DNA of 64,000 nucleotides from Callorhinchus milii (lineage: Eukaryota), in assembly GCF_018977255.1 (NCBI RefSeq), contig NW_024704743.1, positions 60,142,001 through 60,206,000 of the forward strand, written 5' to 3'. The number at the start of each line of letters is the position of its first letter. Position 1 is the first letter of the stretch. Below are positions 63,630-64,000 of this stretch, one piece after another. The notes below the pieces were generated by a model that was given only the letters and a program-made list of their open reading frames with translations, was not told the DNA's origin and made no database searches. Position numbers and translations under genes: made by a program.

Positions 63630-64000
63630 GTTTACCTGCAGCGGCGGCGGCGGCGGCGCACAGGAAGGGACACACTCGGGCGGTGGGGGTGTGGGGGGGA
63701 GGAGGAGAGGGAGCGCAGTGGGTGTGTGTGGGGGTGTGGGGGAGAGGGGCTCTCCCACTCCCGCTATGAACGGAGATTAAATATAATTAAATGTCGGGAA
63801 AGGGACTGGAGGGGAGGGGGGTGGTGGGGGGGACCTCAGTGGCCGCTCAAACGGCCGTTGGCGCCCTGAGGCCGGGGGGTGGGGCGGACTGGGGTCCAGG
63901 TGCCGCTGAGGGCGAAGCGCAGCGGCCTCCACGACTCGGCGATACCATGGCGAGGGCGGCTCTGCACTGAGGGGGGGGGGGGGGGGGGACACACAGGCTC

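Larger units (their letters stand above)
62900..64000. promoter_or_regulatory. CpG island over the 5' end of PPP1R9A
   Basis: Sharp rise in GC and CpG density relative to the AT-rich intron; GGGGCGG GC-box near 63881, (GCG)6 at 63641-63658, many G-runs including G18 at 63971-63988. Confidence 0.85.

Noticed and set aside
62022..63758. 578-aa ORF taken as the complete protein
   Set aside because: It starts at GTG with a Pro-rich stretch from low-complexity DNA and runs past the splice donor; homology covers only 63629-62064.
62285..63780. Antisense and alternative-frame ORFs over the large exon
   Set aside because: Expected shadows of GC-rich coding sequence and triplet repeats.
1..64000. 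CRISPR arrays, operons or prokaryotic defence systems
   Set aside because: The sequence is intron-rich vertebrate DNA; the recurring sequences are dispersed SINE/LINE copies, not regularly spaced repeat-spacer arrays.

Overview
This is vertebrate genomic DNA, not prokaryotic. The repeat set (tRNA-Ala SINEs, Deu-domain SINEs, L2, CR1, Penelope-derived elements) suggests a cartilaginous fish, possibly a holocephalan such as elephant shark; that assignment is inference. The window carries the 5' part of PPP1R9A (neurabin-1) on the minus strand. A large first coding exon at 62064-63629 lies partly in a CpG island and encodes the actin-binding region plus the PP1-binding KIKF motif. It is followed by a ~50 kb intron, a 133-nt exon (11915-12047) and a 121-nt PDZ exon (5689-5809). 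Splice phases are consistent, and I found no further canonical exon before position 1. Almost all other ORFs in the track are LINE/SINE remnants or noise. I cannot support a wholly new multi-gene system here. The best leads are: a frame-preserving 72-nt candidate cassette exon inside the PDZ domain; a candidate intronic polyadenylation isoform; a ~4 kb nested foldback element; a Penelope-type hammerhead ribozyme relic; an intron-retaining tRNA-Ile(UAU) pseudogene; two pre-miRNA-sized hairpins; and a dense nuclear-receptor half-site cluster. Repeat boundaries are approximate (read by eye), and repeat-family and orthologue comparisons are from memory, not from a database search.
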